From Octopus sinensis (lineage: Eukaryota): DNA of 64,000 nt. The position numbers and the translations under genes are program-made. Below are positions 21,371 through 34,060 of the stretch, in pieces (within the stretch, counting starts at the first letter, position 1; each line of letters opens with the position of its first letter). The notes beneath the pieces are model-generated. The model saw only the letters and a program-made list of their open reading frames with translations, made no database searches and was not told where the DNA came from. The stretch spans positions 183,892,001 through 183,956,000 of the forward strand of contig NC_042997.1 of NCBI RefSeq assembly GCF_006345805.1, read 5' to 3'.

Positions 21371-23620
21371 CTAAATAATAAATAAAGTTTTTTTATGGAG
21401 ATGTATTCGCATAGCAAGTGACTTGATCTGAGATCATGTGCTGAAACAAAAACAATTAAAGCGTGGAAGGTGTTTACACAAAAACTGTTAGATTCACTTC
21501 AACATTTAAATTTAATTTTTCAAAATATTTTCATCGCTTTGAAATCATGAATTTGGTCTATACTGCCGGCGCATGAGGAAGAAGGATGTTCTTGTGTGAG
21601 AGAGGCCAGTGTTAACGTGATAGAGCAAAACTGCATGCTGGAATTGCTTTAGAGAAGTGAGACAAGGAACTCAAACCTGGCAGTAGCTACATTATGTAAG
21701 TGACAATCGGACATAGTAGAGAGCACCTTTTAGAGGGAGCTTGCTTATTCAGCCAATCACAGACTGAATAGAGTTGTAAACATACAGTGTTGTTTGAGCC
21801 TACCTGAGATCCAAAATGCATGTTTTAAGCTATGCTAGTACAGACATGCTACACACACATATATAGAGAGTTTTCTTATATATATATATATATATATAAA
21901 ACATATATATGTTCAATCTATCAGCTATTGTTTCACCCAGACAAGCCCTAAAATCAAAGGGATTCCATTCTTGACCAATTGGTCTTTTTTAAACACATCA
22001 TCCTGTATCAATTTTTTTGAAACAGTAGGGTGTGTAGTGTTTGCAGGGAGATTTGACTGTTATTTCTAACAGATTGAGTGACTACATAAATGCTCCTTCA
22101 CTGGCTCTTATTTGTAGGTTGTTGTTTATCCTCAGGCTGTCTCTGAATGAAGCAGACTCTGAAGAAAAACCTTTTGCAGCTACCAGAGCAGCTGTCTGGC
22201 TTCCGTGCCGGTGGAACGTAAAAAAGCACCATTTGAGCGTGATCGTTACCAGCGTCGCCTTACGGGCACTTGTGCTGGAGGCACATGAAAAAAAAAAAAC
22301 TTTCGAGCAGAGTCGTTGCCAGTGCCGCTGGACTGACTCCTGTGTAGGTGGTACGTAAAAAACACCATTTCAAGCATGGCCGTTGCCAGTACCGCCAGAT
22401 TGGCCTTCGTGCCAGTGGCACGTAAAAGCACCCACTACACTCTCGGAGTGGTTGGCGTTAGGAAGGGCATCAAGCTGTCCAACACTCTGCCAGATCAGAC
22501 TGGAGTCTGGCACAGCCATCTGGTTCGCCAGTCCTCAGTCAAATGGTCCAACCCATCCTAGCATGGAAAGCGGACGTTAAACGATGATGATGATGAATTC
22601 AAGCTACTCCATTCAATGCTTCCTTATATTTTAAAGAGAAAAGGGTGATTTAGTCACAATTCCTGGCAAGTACGAAAACCACACAATCTCCTTTACTGGT
22701 GGTAAACACAGTGGCACTCAAAACTTCCTAACTAAACCATAGATGTAACAATAAATGAGGAAATACACGAATTATTTTCTATTCTTATACTTAGAGGTCA
22801 AAATCTAGTATTTTATAACACTCAAACTAATGGTATGCGTAATTTAATAACACATTCCTTCCTAGCTGTTCCTTTTGGGTTTATAGTAACTAATGATCTC
22901 AGTTGGAAAGAAGATTGAAAAAACATCAGGGCTTTAGTAAAAGTATTTATGATATTGCATAATCTCGTCAGTCGCCGTTATCCAATTGTTAGTGCTTTTA
23001 TCTATATGGGAAACAACTTGTCGATAATATTCTTATTTCTTTGTACGTATTTTATTGTCCTAAAACCTAAATCCTTAAAGAAAACGTCAAAACGCCGGCA
23101 ATATTTAATTAATTGAGACCTTTTACGCTTCTAAATGAAATGCATCTGAGGTCATTATACCGAAGGATCGCCATAAAATATTCTGTACTAGAGCGATTTA
23201 ACATTCCTAAAAGCGCAGCTAAGGCATGAATTGAATTACAATAAAAGAATATGTTTTTCAGAGATTAATTCTCCTGTCAGTGGTTTATTTAAACGGCAGC
23301 CGACGTTTGAAGGTTAACGAATTCACTCTTTACATAACATAGAAGGAACAACTTCTGGCGATAATATCTTTCTGTAAATGAAACCGCATTTCATTAGTGA
23401 GTTCATAACAAAATGTATGATATTTATTGGGTTAAAATATATTTTATAGAAGTAAAACCTTCTGTATCGAAACTATTAGATTATAGGACCCTACTTAAAG
23501 ATACTTATTATGTAAGTGAAAAGTCATTAATTCGTAATTAAAATATTAAAAACACATTTGAAAAAACATAACGAATAGGAAAATATATTCATATTTTTCG
23601 TTAAAAGAACTTTTGTTTAC

Positions 23621-23659
23621 CTGTTGACTTAATAATCGTAAACAAGCATTCCACCCCAT
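23621..23659 (-). CDS. SURF1: SURF1 exon 1 (probable): MGWNACLRLLSQQ
   Basis: ATG in gtcATGg context, phase-0 donor CAG|GTAAAC, CpG-rich surroundings. Gives a total CDS of 897 nt (298 aa), similar in size to known SURF1 proteins. Confidence 0.7.
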
Positions 23660-23798
23660 GACGGTCGGTACGCGACGTTCAAGCACAAAATATCAGAGCG
23701 GTGCTATAAAAAGTTATGTCCCTTACAGAGCAAAGGCCTACTCTCTTGACTCTGATCCGGTACATTCCTTCGTTAGTAACTTCGGGGGAAAGTTTGTG

Positions 23799-24214
23799 GG
23801 ATCTTTTCTGTTTGAACAGCAGTTTTTTCTAGCGGTGTCATATGAAATTGTCACCCATAATTATGACCCTAGTATCGATCTATTGCATTTCAATCTGTTT
23901 TATGGTTAGGGGTAGGGGGAAGGGTATCTTTTTTTCTTCACAAATATAAATAAACCCAATCTGTTTCGTAAACGAGGGACATACTCATACGGCACAAAAT
24001 GTTTTTTTTTACCTCAATAGACGCCATTGATTGGTTGAAATTGCAGAAACTGAAGAAAAATCAACAACAAATATCTTACAAACCATAGAATTTTCTCAAT
24101 AAAGCCAAGAGAAAAAGATGTTTTATAAACACATTCTACCAGTATGCGAAGTTTAAAAGTGTTTAGTTACGTGGAAACTATTTTAAAAAACTGCCGTTCA
24201 AACGGAAAAGATCC
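23799..24214. mobile_element. GGATC-terminal MITE (416 bp) with a perfect 8-bp TSD; Merlin/IS1016-like by termini (inference)
   Basis: TIR ggatcttttctgtttgaacagcagtttt / aaaactgccgttcaaacggaaaagatcc. TSD agtttgtg at 23791-23798 and 24215-24222. Confidence 0.88.
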
Positions 24215-24339
24215 AGTTTGTGTTACAAATTCCTATTTCACTATCTCATGTCTGTTAATACTTCATGCCTGTGTATTACTTGTTGAGTTTGGAGGGGAAA
24301 GTATTGTCTATAATCTTTGTAGGCTCCCTCAAGACCAGA

Positions 24340-24700
24340 AGGTTTGATGCCATTGATGTTCCTTTTAGACTATTGCAAGCCAACTCCTGCAGGAAAGACG
24401 AGTAGGGAGAAAATTATAGAGCACCGATGTTCTTAGGAGAAGAGGACTTGGCATAATGGCTAGTGCAGGTCAGAGGAGGTTGGTAGATCATGAGTGATGA
24501 AGAGTGGGGTTACGAGATCGAACCAGTTTTGATGATCAGTAGCAATAGAAATGACAGAGAAGAGACAGTACGCTTGTAGGCCAGAGGCTGGAATACGTTC
24601 GTAAGTGATTAACTATCAGTTAGTTGAGTGGCCTTTCTCTGTATGCGTAGCAGCAACACTGCCCCATATGTAGGAACAGTAGGGGACAAGGGCTGAAATA
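24340..24700 (-). mobile_element. Degenerate LINE C-terminal fragment (CR1/Jockey-like); related pieces at ~19200-19350 and 25620-25950
   Basis: The minus strand shows remnants resembling YCSxIWG...RRxVxSL and FFxxTxxxWNxLP. Heavily decayed. Confidence 0.45.
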
Positions 24701-25338
24701 TATATATTTTAGAACATTTGTGGAGTATCTTATCGAAGGGCACAATATCCACATTAGCATTCAAAGTTATGATCAGTTTTTTTTTTTGCGTATTTATTTC
24801 CGTTAATTACTATTAGAGAGAGGGGGAGAGAGAAAGAAAATCAGTAGTTGACTGCCGTTTGGATATTAATGGAAGGTGGAAAAGTCAACAATTTATATCG
24901 ATCCCTTGCGTTACACCATCTCATTTAGAGCGCAATGTGCATCTCCCTCCCCGATACTCTCATCAACCATTTAGACATATGTAGTTAAAGCTATACGTTG
25001 CTGATGAAGTTAGAAAATACCGAACTATGTCTAGAGTTATCTCCCGTACTTGCCTGAATAATGGTAATAGTTTTTTTAAATATTGTTTTATTCATCGTCG
25101 TATATTTATTTCGAATTATCTTTATGATACTTCCTGCAATAAATATGTCAGCACTAACTTAACTAGTATAACTGATAAATGTTTCGTTAGACTGCACTGA
25201 ATTCAAATTCTCCCCTGCAATTGACAAGCCTTACTATCCAGAGTAGATGTTGCTCAATTGCTAGATTATACAGATGGAGATAGACCTCACAACTACGCCA
25301 GTTTTGCAGAAAATTTAAATACAACACTAACAATAATT

Positions 25339-25562
25339 GGTGCTACTTTGGCGTGTGATCTACAATTTCAAGTAACTTTAGGTTACTTTTCAATTTCTAA
25401 AAGATGTTGGCTAAAGATTTTTACAATTTTGAAAAAATATATTTACAATGCTAAATATATTTAAAAGAATTTATTTAAAAAATGTAGAAACTGAAAAGTA
25501 ACTTAAAACGTAACCTAAAGTAATCTCCCTTTAAATTGTAGATCACACGCCCATGTAGCACC
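25339..25562. mobile_element. ~225-bp element with ~60-bp imperfect terminal inverted repeats (MITE-like)
   Basis: ggtgctac.ttggcgtgtgatctacaattt..actttaggttac versus gtaacctaaagt..aaattgtagatcacacgcc.atgtagcacc. No TSD resolved. Confidence 0.6.
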
Positions 25563-26133
25563 AGACATTATTTCTCAATGGCAACATTTTCTGCTGATTA
25601 CAAGGTTTTCACCATGATGGGATAACTACGGTTAGTGTTAAGCTTGAACAGCTGCAAGCCGATGTCTTTAGGAAAAACATGGACAGGAAAAGAATTTCAG
25701 CAGGTTTGTTTTAGGTAAAGAAGAATTGGCATTCATTGTCAATGTAAAGCCTAAGAACCAGGACACAAAATTGGTTACGAGAGGAGAGATGGGTGTATCG
25801 GGAAGCTTGTGTCGTATTTGTAATCAGATAACTAGCTCTAACAACCAGTACATATTCTACTACCGGTAGAAGATACGGAATAATGAAATAGCACATCTGT
25901 GGGATGGTGGTTGGAGTGTATTGGTAAGTGGATCCTTGCCAATCAGTCAAATGTAGAAAATGGAAATACGAAAAAAGAGATTAATCTAAAAATGACTCAA
26001 GACAAAATTTCTTTTATTGGTAATTAATGTAAGATATAGTATTACAAATATTAAATACCACTTGAATGGGTAGTACACAAGAGAGCAATAATCGCTAATA
26101 GATTTGTCAACGGAATCGTTAAGCCTAATCTTG

Positions 26134-26550
26134 GGATCTTTTCGGTTTGAACGGCAGTTTTTAAAAATAATTTCCACGTAACTAAACACTTTAAAACTTC
26201 GTATACTGGTAGAATGTGTTTATAAAACATCTTTTTCTCTTGGCTTTATTGAGAAAATTCTATAGTTTGTAAGATATTTGTTGTTTTTTCCTTCAATTTC
26301 TGCAATTTCAACCAATCAATGACATCTATTGAGGTGAAAACATTCTGTGCCGTATGAAAATGTCCCACGTATAAGAAACAGATTGGGTTTATTTACATTT
26401 CTGAAGAAAAAAAAGATACCCTTGCCCCCATCCCTAACTATAACCCTAAAACAGATTGAAATGCAATAGATCGATACTAGGGTCATAACTATGGGTGACA
26501 ATTTCATAGGACACCGCTAGAAAAACTGCCGTTCAAACCGAAAAGATTCC
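26134..26550. mobile_element. GGATC-terminal MITE copy, inverted relative to 23799-24214
   Basis: Full-length homolog in the opposite orientation. Flanks taatcttg / caatcttg match at 7 of 8 positions. Confidence 0.85.
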
Positions 26551-27633
26551 AATCTTGTTCACCTACGACAGGCTTTTGCACAGTTCTGTCAACCAAATTC
26601 CACCCACAAAGCTAAAACATAGTAGAAGACGTTTACCCAACTGTACCACATAGTGGAATTGAATCTGGAACCATGAAATTACGAAGCGAACATCTTAACT
26701 ATACGACTTGCATGATGATAAAAAGAATTTCAAGTGAAACATTTTTCTAATTATTTTGTAGTTCTGAATAAGGCGGCGAGCTAGCAGAATCGCTACCGCG
26801 CCGGCCAAAATACTTGGCAGCATTTCGTCCGTCTTTACGTTCTGAGTTTCCACCGAGATTGACTTTCCTTTTTATTCTTTAAGTAAAATAAGTATCTGTT
26901 GGATGCTGAGGTCGATGTAACCGTCTTGCCCCTCCCCTAAAATTATTGGCCTAGTGAAACTAATTCGTAGTCCTGAATTGCTTTCTGATAAGCATTTAGG
27001 TGTAAAATATCCTTTATAGCTTTCGTTACACTTAGGCTTATCCGTATGAAATGGGTGCTGGGATAAATGGAAGATTACATTACAACATCTTGGAATTATA
27101 TAAATGTTTAATAAACTTATAATAAATAATTTGCAATTTTAGACCAAGACCACACATTTGGGGAGAGAGTACATTGTCTAAGGTGATTCCAGCATAATTT
27201 TTTTTTTGTTTCAATCCTGTTGGATCAGTGACGCAAAACTGATGGAGACGGGCTGTAAAAAAATTGACAAGTCTATTAAAATATTCTTTCAGAATCTTAA
27301 TTTGCATTGTATGAAAATAAAAATACCAAAATAAATAAATAAAGAAAGAAAGAAAAGAAGAGCCCCACAATATCTCGAGTAGTTTTCTCCCTTAAAAACA
27401 ATTTCCCAGCTCATTCCAAAATTCTACCTCAGTAGGATTTGAACTCAGAATGCACCCGTCCAGGTGCGGAATATATACGTCACTGAAACCAGCCTCATGC
27501 GCACGGCTCGAAAGGAAACATTTTATCATTGCGAGCAACTAAGAATTAACGAATCAACAACCGCCTAAGTGAAAAGCTTCCTCCAATCAAAAGTGTTCTT
27601 TTACTGGCCTCTTGGTTAGTATTAATAGGCATC

Positions 27634-27697
27634 ATGGCGGAGGGTTTACAGAAGCGGTTACAGAATGAAGTCGAAAAGTATCAAAGTGTTCAAAAAG
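27634..27697 (+). CDS. PFDN6: Prefoldin subunit 6 exon 1: MAEGLQKRLQNEVEKYQSVQK
   Basis: ATG in atcATGg context, donor AG|GTAATT. Matches the PFDN6 N-terminus MAE..QK.LQ.EVEKYQ..QK. Confidence 0.96.
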
Positions 27698-30600
27698 GTA
27701 ATTTATAACAAAACAATTTAAAATGTGACGATTTATCTGTGGCTACAGTTTGTTAAAAACTGTCATATTTTGCTGTTGTAAGTGCATGTACTGTCTTCCT
27801 CACGTGTATTCCGAAGGAAGGAGGCAGTTAATATTTTATGTATGAACGATGTGTGGATTGTGTAAATGCATAAGTAAAACGTTTTAATTATATGTGTAAA
27901 TATATAAATAGATGTGAATAGTGTAAATTTACACACAGAGTAAATGTATAGACAATATAAGCTTAAGTGGTGCTATTTCAGGATACTTGAGATTATTTTC
28001 ATATTTCTTTATCGTGTTCCCTTCCTTTTAAAGTGTGGTTACTGAAGATGTATTGAGTAAGGCTTCTCTGGCGAGATCACTGTTAATTACAAACAATATG
28101 CGTAATTAAACGTTACCTATACTAGTCAACATAATTTTGAACAGGTATACATGTGCGACTAAGAATTTAAAAAAAAATATTAGCATATTAAATTGCACCA
28201 CTTATGTATACATTTATACAGCAGTGTACATGATCAACTATCATTGGTATGTTCCAGGTAAAACACAAAACCTATTGATGTACTGGGAGCTAAATCACAC
28301 AGGTGATTAAAAAGGAAAATTTCTGCACAACACTTCGGTTTATGTAGTTGTTGAAATATAACTCTGAGGAACCTGTTCTTTAAATCTTTTCTTGCTCCTT
28401 GTACTTCTCTGGGTCTGTTGTCAACCTAAACGTTGATCTTTCGAAGCTATTTTAGCATTAACAAAATGCTGAAAATGTACTGCTTCGATAAGATTACCCA
28501 ATCATCTATTCTTCCGTATTAGATGAAAGTAAGAGACCTAACCATTTTGTGAATAACATTAAAAAAACTTAATCCGTGAAAAACATTTTGTCACACCATT
28601 ATTTTATACTTTTACAATTCCAATTCTAAAAATGAAAATGCTGCTTTTGCTATATGTCTCCAGTATTAAAAATAACTTATTTTATGTCTGATTTTCTATG
28701 CTAGAATGAGTTCAGTTAGTCTGCCCCTAGCACACCGTCTTTCGTGAAGGGCAACATCTTGAGATCGCCTTCCACTATTCCTTTACGAATTTCTTCCACT
28801 TGAATTGCTTGACATTTCTACAGTCATCTTTCCTACTTATCACAAGTTCCTTCCAGTTCGGTCTTCTCTTTTACACACTGCAACTCATTACTCAGACGTT
28901 CATTTTTCTCTTTAGCTCACCTGTGTATTGTCTTACATACACACTGATAGGTGCTTATTATCTTGATAGTATCCAATACATTCAAAATTATATTTTCAAT
29001 AGTCAATAATGAAACCGACCTCACTCTACAAGAGGTGTTCTTTACAGTTTTACCATTACATTATAACAATTTATAAGGATCACTATTTAGTGGTAGACAA
29101 CTCCTGCTAAACTATCTGATTTTAAAAGAATTGGGTTTCTGTAAGATTTATCAGTTCCATAGGACTTGAGCTTAGCACTGATGGTTAATGAACATGTGTT
29201 GATTATAGTCTTCTTGCTGGCTACAGGTAGATAAATTGGAGCAAAATTTTCAGGCCATGAACATTGTACAGTACTACCAAAGAGACGCAACCACTGACTC
29301 TTTGGCTGGTGGTTTATTGCCCATTTGGTTCAGCCCTCTCATACTTCAATATTAGTCTGCTAAGTACAGCTGTGGCTTATGATTTCGAAGTTTGCTTTGA
29401 AACCATATGATCTCAGGTTCAGTCCCACTGCATGGCATTTCAGGCGAGTGTTTTCTACTATAGTCCTAGTGGCCGAAACCATGTGAGTGGATTTGGTAGA
29501 CTAAAATTGAAAAACTCTGTCATAAATACATACACATATATATGATATATATGTGTCTTTGTGTGTAAACTTGTCTTGACATCATGTGATGATTGTAAAT
29601 GAGCATCACCGTCATGCAAACAATGCTTATTTCCAGTCTTCCATGAAATATTTATTACCTTGCTTGGAAACAGGTATGGGTCAATGATAGGAAGAGCATC
29701 CAGCTGCAGTAAAATTACCTCCACAAAGTTCTATCTGACTCATACAAGCACAGAAAAGGCTGTTCAAGAATTTGAACCTGGAGATCTCCATTTCCAGCGA
29801 CTTCGAGGGCCACCTCCCAGTGGTGTCAACGAAGAGCCCTTGACTACAACAAGATGACTAAAGTTTTTTTTTTTTCCAATGTCTGGGGTCTCTGGGCCCC
29901 TAAGCCCTAGACCATCACCTAATCACCCTTACCCATCTTGTTGCTTAACAACAACAGCACAAAAGTGGATAATGAACAAGGATGGTAGTCAGTTCATGAA
30001 AATTTCTAAGTGATGCATTTGGAGGCCAATTTTACTGGTGTCGAGGATGAACATTGTTTCTGAATGTATGCATATAAGTTCTGTGTATCTGAAACGCAAC
30101 TGAATTTATGGACTGGACATAATTTGGAGAAGCAAATTCTGTATAAACACATAAATGTGAAAATGTTTGGAATTAATGCTAGAGAGAACACATATGCCAT
30201 TATTTAATCTCCATCGTCTATTTAAATATTTTAAAAGTTACTACAATTGAGATAATTTTCAGTATAAATATAGCTTCCCAACCAAAGATCATGAAACTTA
30301 TATCAGTAATTTTTGGGGTTAATAATTTTCATCTACATGCCATAAACTACAGTGGTCTGCTATTTTTTCCCCTACATTTATCAGTTTGTTACTTTATAGT
30401 TATTTCATAAAGGCTTAATAATTTTAATCAATATTTCATTATTTATAGTTCTGAGTTCTACCCAGTCACATTTAACTATTAGCTTGCAATGCACTACAAA
30501 TTCAAACATATTTGTTGATAAGACACATGCAAGACAAATTATTTAGCCATCCATGTACTTGATCAAGAATTCATCACCTTTGGTATAGGAAACAGTGAAT

Positions 30601-30720
30601 AGTACATTCACTGATGTTGCAAATGGCTGCTCAGCTGAATAAAAATGCTACTTGACTTTATTTTTGTTAAAGTACATTTATATATGTTCCTCTATCAGTT
30701 TCATGTGACATACTTTTCAG

Positions 30721-30791
30721 ATATCCAGAAGTATATCATGGGAAAGCAGAAACTTGATGCCCAGCTCAATGAGAACACTTTAGTAAAAGAG
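30721..30791 (+). CDS. PFDN6: Prefoldin subunit 6 exon 2: (D)IQKYIMGKQKLDAQLNENTLVKE
   Basis: CAG acceptor and GTAATA donor, phase 1/0. Contains the QKL.AQL.EN..VKE motif. Confidence 0.96.
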
Positions 30792-31949
30792 GTAATAACT
30801 TTTTTCTACTTTTAATCACTATTATGATTTTGCTAAAAGCATTTTACCATCTGAGTTTTCTACTTACTTTTATGTATGAAGTATTTTTTTTTTTGGTCAA
30901 ATCTATCTCTTAATTTTTTTCTATGTAATAATTTTTGGTTTTTTAAAGTTTTAGCTTGGTGTTTTAATTTGTAAAATTCACATTTTCTGATCTCATTTTA
31001 TTACAGTCTAGACACTATTATATTGTCATGATAATTAAGAAGACACACAAGTACATTACATATGCTACCTTTAATAGTTGAAATTTCTTTACATTTGTAA
31101 TAATACTACTAATAATTCTGTCTAATTTTAGCTCAAAGCCAGCAATTTTGGGAGGGGGTGGGGAGGTTAGTTGATTACATCATTGCTGGTGCTTGACTGG
31201 TACTTATTTTATCAACTCTGAAAGGGTGAAAGACAAAATTGAATTCAGAAACCTTGTAAGCCTGAAGAAAAATACCAGAGTATTATTTCTTATGCTTTAA
31301 CATTTCTGAAATTTGTTTATAAGATTAACTAATCACTTTGATTAATGATGCTAGATAACTGAACTGGTCCATTGTAATCATAGTTCTTATACTGGAATTG
31401 AATGCATTCATGTCATACAAATTTTTATAGGTTGGAGTATTCAATTATTGATTCTTTTTTTATGTTAGTTTAACTACCCATTATCAAACTGGATAGAGGA
31501 ATAACTGACATAGATTTCAAAAGCTGCATCACCAGCTATCAGACAGAGGGCAGTGAACCTGAATAAGTATTAACACATGGTATAATGGAGTCTTTAAATC
31601 CTCACTTAGAACAATGGCATGATGAAATACACCCAGAAAACTTTGTAAACTACTTGATGGCAGGAAGGGCATCCACTTGTAGAAAACCATGTCAAATTGG
31701 AATGTATGAGTGAAATGCGGATTCTACAAACCACATTGCAAGCTACACATCTTGGAAAGTAGAAACTTGGTATAAAAACTGATATAGGTAGAGGAAATTC
31801 TTCAGTTCATCTTGCTTGGGGCAGCTAGTCTAGTATCAGTGGTGTGATGAAATGCATCTCAGACATAAACAAAACTGAAGTTGGCAGGTTTTTTTCTATT
31901 TTGTGCAAGATGGTGCAGGCTGTGATGACCCATCTAATCCATCCCAGCA

Positions 31950-32262
31950 AGGATGCTGAGACCCCCTTTGGTCATGGGATCATACCTAGAAAGTTACCCT
32001 CCCAGGCACCAGTCCAGGCAAGGTTGTTTATGGAAGGCCAGCAGTTGCCAATGCATACCAGCCTCCCATGTTATCCAAGGGAAAGGCAAAGGCCGATACA
32101 GCTTGGCACCTGTGATGTTGCAACTTGTTTCTACAGCTGAATGAACTGGAGCAACGTGAAATAAAGTATCTTGCTCAAGAACACAACATGCAGCCCGGTC
32201 TGGGATTCAAACTCACAATCGTAAGCTCGACACTCTAACCACTGAGCTATGCGCCTTCACTT
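31950..32262 (-). mobile_element. tRNA-derived SINE family D
   Basis: Minus-strand head gcgcatagctcagtggttagagtg...gagtttgaatcccagacc (A/B boxes), then gttgtgttcttgagcaag. Confidence 0.7.
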
Positions 32263-32607
32263 CAGCAAGGATAGACAGGTGTAAAATGATCTGAAATTTG
32301 TTAACCCTTTCAGTGCCATCTTATATGAAAGTATGAGGAGTTTAGCCCTTTAGCATTCAGAATTACTCTGGCAAACACAATGCTCATATATTCACATTGA
32401 TTTGAATTAATCATGCATTATCTTGTAGCTTTCAGATTTCAATGATGTGATTGCTTATTTTACAATGACATTGTTAGGTAAGTGTGAGAGGCCTGTTTGA
32501 ACATAAAACAGGAAGAAAATTTTAGGCTGGATATGGCCACTTTAAATTTGATTGTTTGAGTTGATATAAATTGCAATTTCTTTTTTTTGTTTTTTCCTCT
32601 CTTGTAG

Positions 32608-32732
32608 GAACTGGACATCCTTGAAAAGGAATCTTGTGTATACAAATTGATAGGTCCAGTTTTGGTAAAGCAAGATCTTGAGGAAGCTAAACAGAATGTC
32701 CAGAAACGTATTGATTATATCTCTAGTGAATT
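32608..32732 (+). CDS. PFDN6: Prefoldin subunit 6 exon 3: ELDILEKESCVYKLIGPVLVKQDLEEAKQNVQKRIDYISSE
   Basis: TAG acceptor and GTAAGT donor. Contains the hallmark VYKL.GPVLVKQ.L.EA...V.KR.DYI motif. Confidence 0.98.
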
Positions 32733-33939
32733 GTAAGTAAACTATCCTTTTTATGTTGAATATCCTTTAAAATTATTGGGGGTCAGTTTTTGTAAATGAA
32801 TTTAAAAAAAATTAAATTAGTTTTTTAAAACTATTCTGTAGTGTGTGAGGTGCAAGTATGGCTGTCTAGTTAAGCAGTTCACTTCCCAACATGGTTTTGG
32901 GTTCAGTCCCACTGCATGGCACATTGGGCAAATATCTTTTACTATAACCCCAGGCTGACCAAAATGTCGTGAGTGGATTTGGTTGATGGAAACTGAAAGA
33001 AGCCCATTTGTGTGCTACTTGCAAATGAGTATCACTGTCGTACAAGTGGTACCCTTTGTTTCCAATCTTCCATGAAAACATGTTCTACCATGGGAAAATA
33101 CCTTACTTGGCAAGAGGAAAGGCTTCTAACTGTACAAAATTTGCCTCAACAAATTCTGTGCAACTCATGCAACCTTGGAAAAGTGACAATGGTCATTGTG
33201 ATGATGAATTTGTCAGCTCGTGGCTAATAGGTCAGAAACTGCACTTGAACATTCTGCCATCACACCTGAAGTTAATTTTCTAAAAATTGTTGAAATATAC
33301 AAAAGAAATTAAACCAATAGTTCCTGTTGGGTATGTTTTATTAATTTCTCATGAAAATCAACAAAACAGATTATGTAGTGCTAATTAATGCTTTGTAAAG
33401 AAACAAAAAGTAAATTTGAAAAGTTACAAAATTTAAAGAAATGTTTGACAATATATTATTAGTGTTTGGTAATGTAAAAATATACACGTTCAACCAATCT
33501 ATATAGCATTTGCTGTTGTTTAATTGTTGGTTTGTGTTTTATTTTTAAGACTGGACAATAATGAAGTTTAAGTTCAACATTTAATATCCATTTTTCCATG
33601 CTGGCATGGGTTGGACAGCTTGGTGGGCACTGGCAAGGCCAGAGACCACACCAAGTCCCATTGTTTTGGCTTGGTTTCTATGGCTGGATGTCCTTCGTAA
33701 CAGCAGCCATTTTACAGTGTACTGGGTGCTTTTTACATTGCTCCTTGGTTTTAGGATCTTAGTTCTGTTGCGGTGGGCAGGTCTTCTCCAGTAGAGCAGT
33801 GCACTGCATATCTCAGTTCTCTGTAATCTCCTTCATAAGGTTCAGCATTTTGGGGGTCAGCCTTCAATACTTTGTCCCATGTCAATGTACTTTAAAATTG
33901 TTCTAGCCTATTTATTTATTTGGATTTTTGTTTTTCCAG

Positions 33940-34060
33940 GAAACGCCATGAAAACACTATTAAAGACCTAGAAAAGAAACAGGAAACCCACCGTGAGAAC
34001 CTCGGCAAATTACAACACCAATTCCAACAGGCTCAAGTGAAGGCTGCTGTCAGAGCTTAA
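33940..34060 (+). CDS. PFDN6: Prefoldin subunit 6 exon 4: (L)KRHENTIKDLEKKQETHRENLGKLQHQFQQAQVKAAVRA*
   Basis: CAG acceptor, phase compatible, TAA stop at 34058-34060. Total 381 nt (126 aa). Confidence 0.95.

Larger units (their letters stand above)
23660..27633. promoter_or_regulatory. Head-to-head intergenic region between SURF1 and PFDN6; candidate proximal promoters at ~23660-23790 and ~27460-27633
   Basis: Lies between two divergent start codons with locally raised CpG content. TSS positions cannot be determined from sequence alone. Confidence 0.5.

Noticed and set aside
23318-23406. Alternative SURF1 start MNSLMKCGFIYRKILSPEVVPSML on the minus strand
   Set aside because: No good phase-0 donor to join exon 2, and the frame ends in TGA. 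The 23659 ATG with CAG|GTAAAC fits better.
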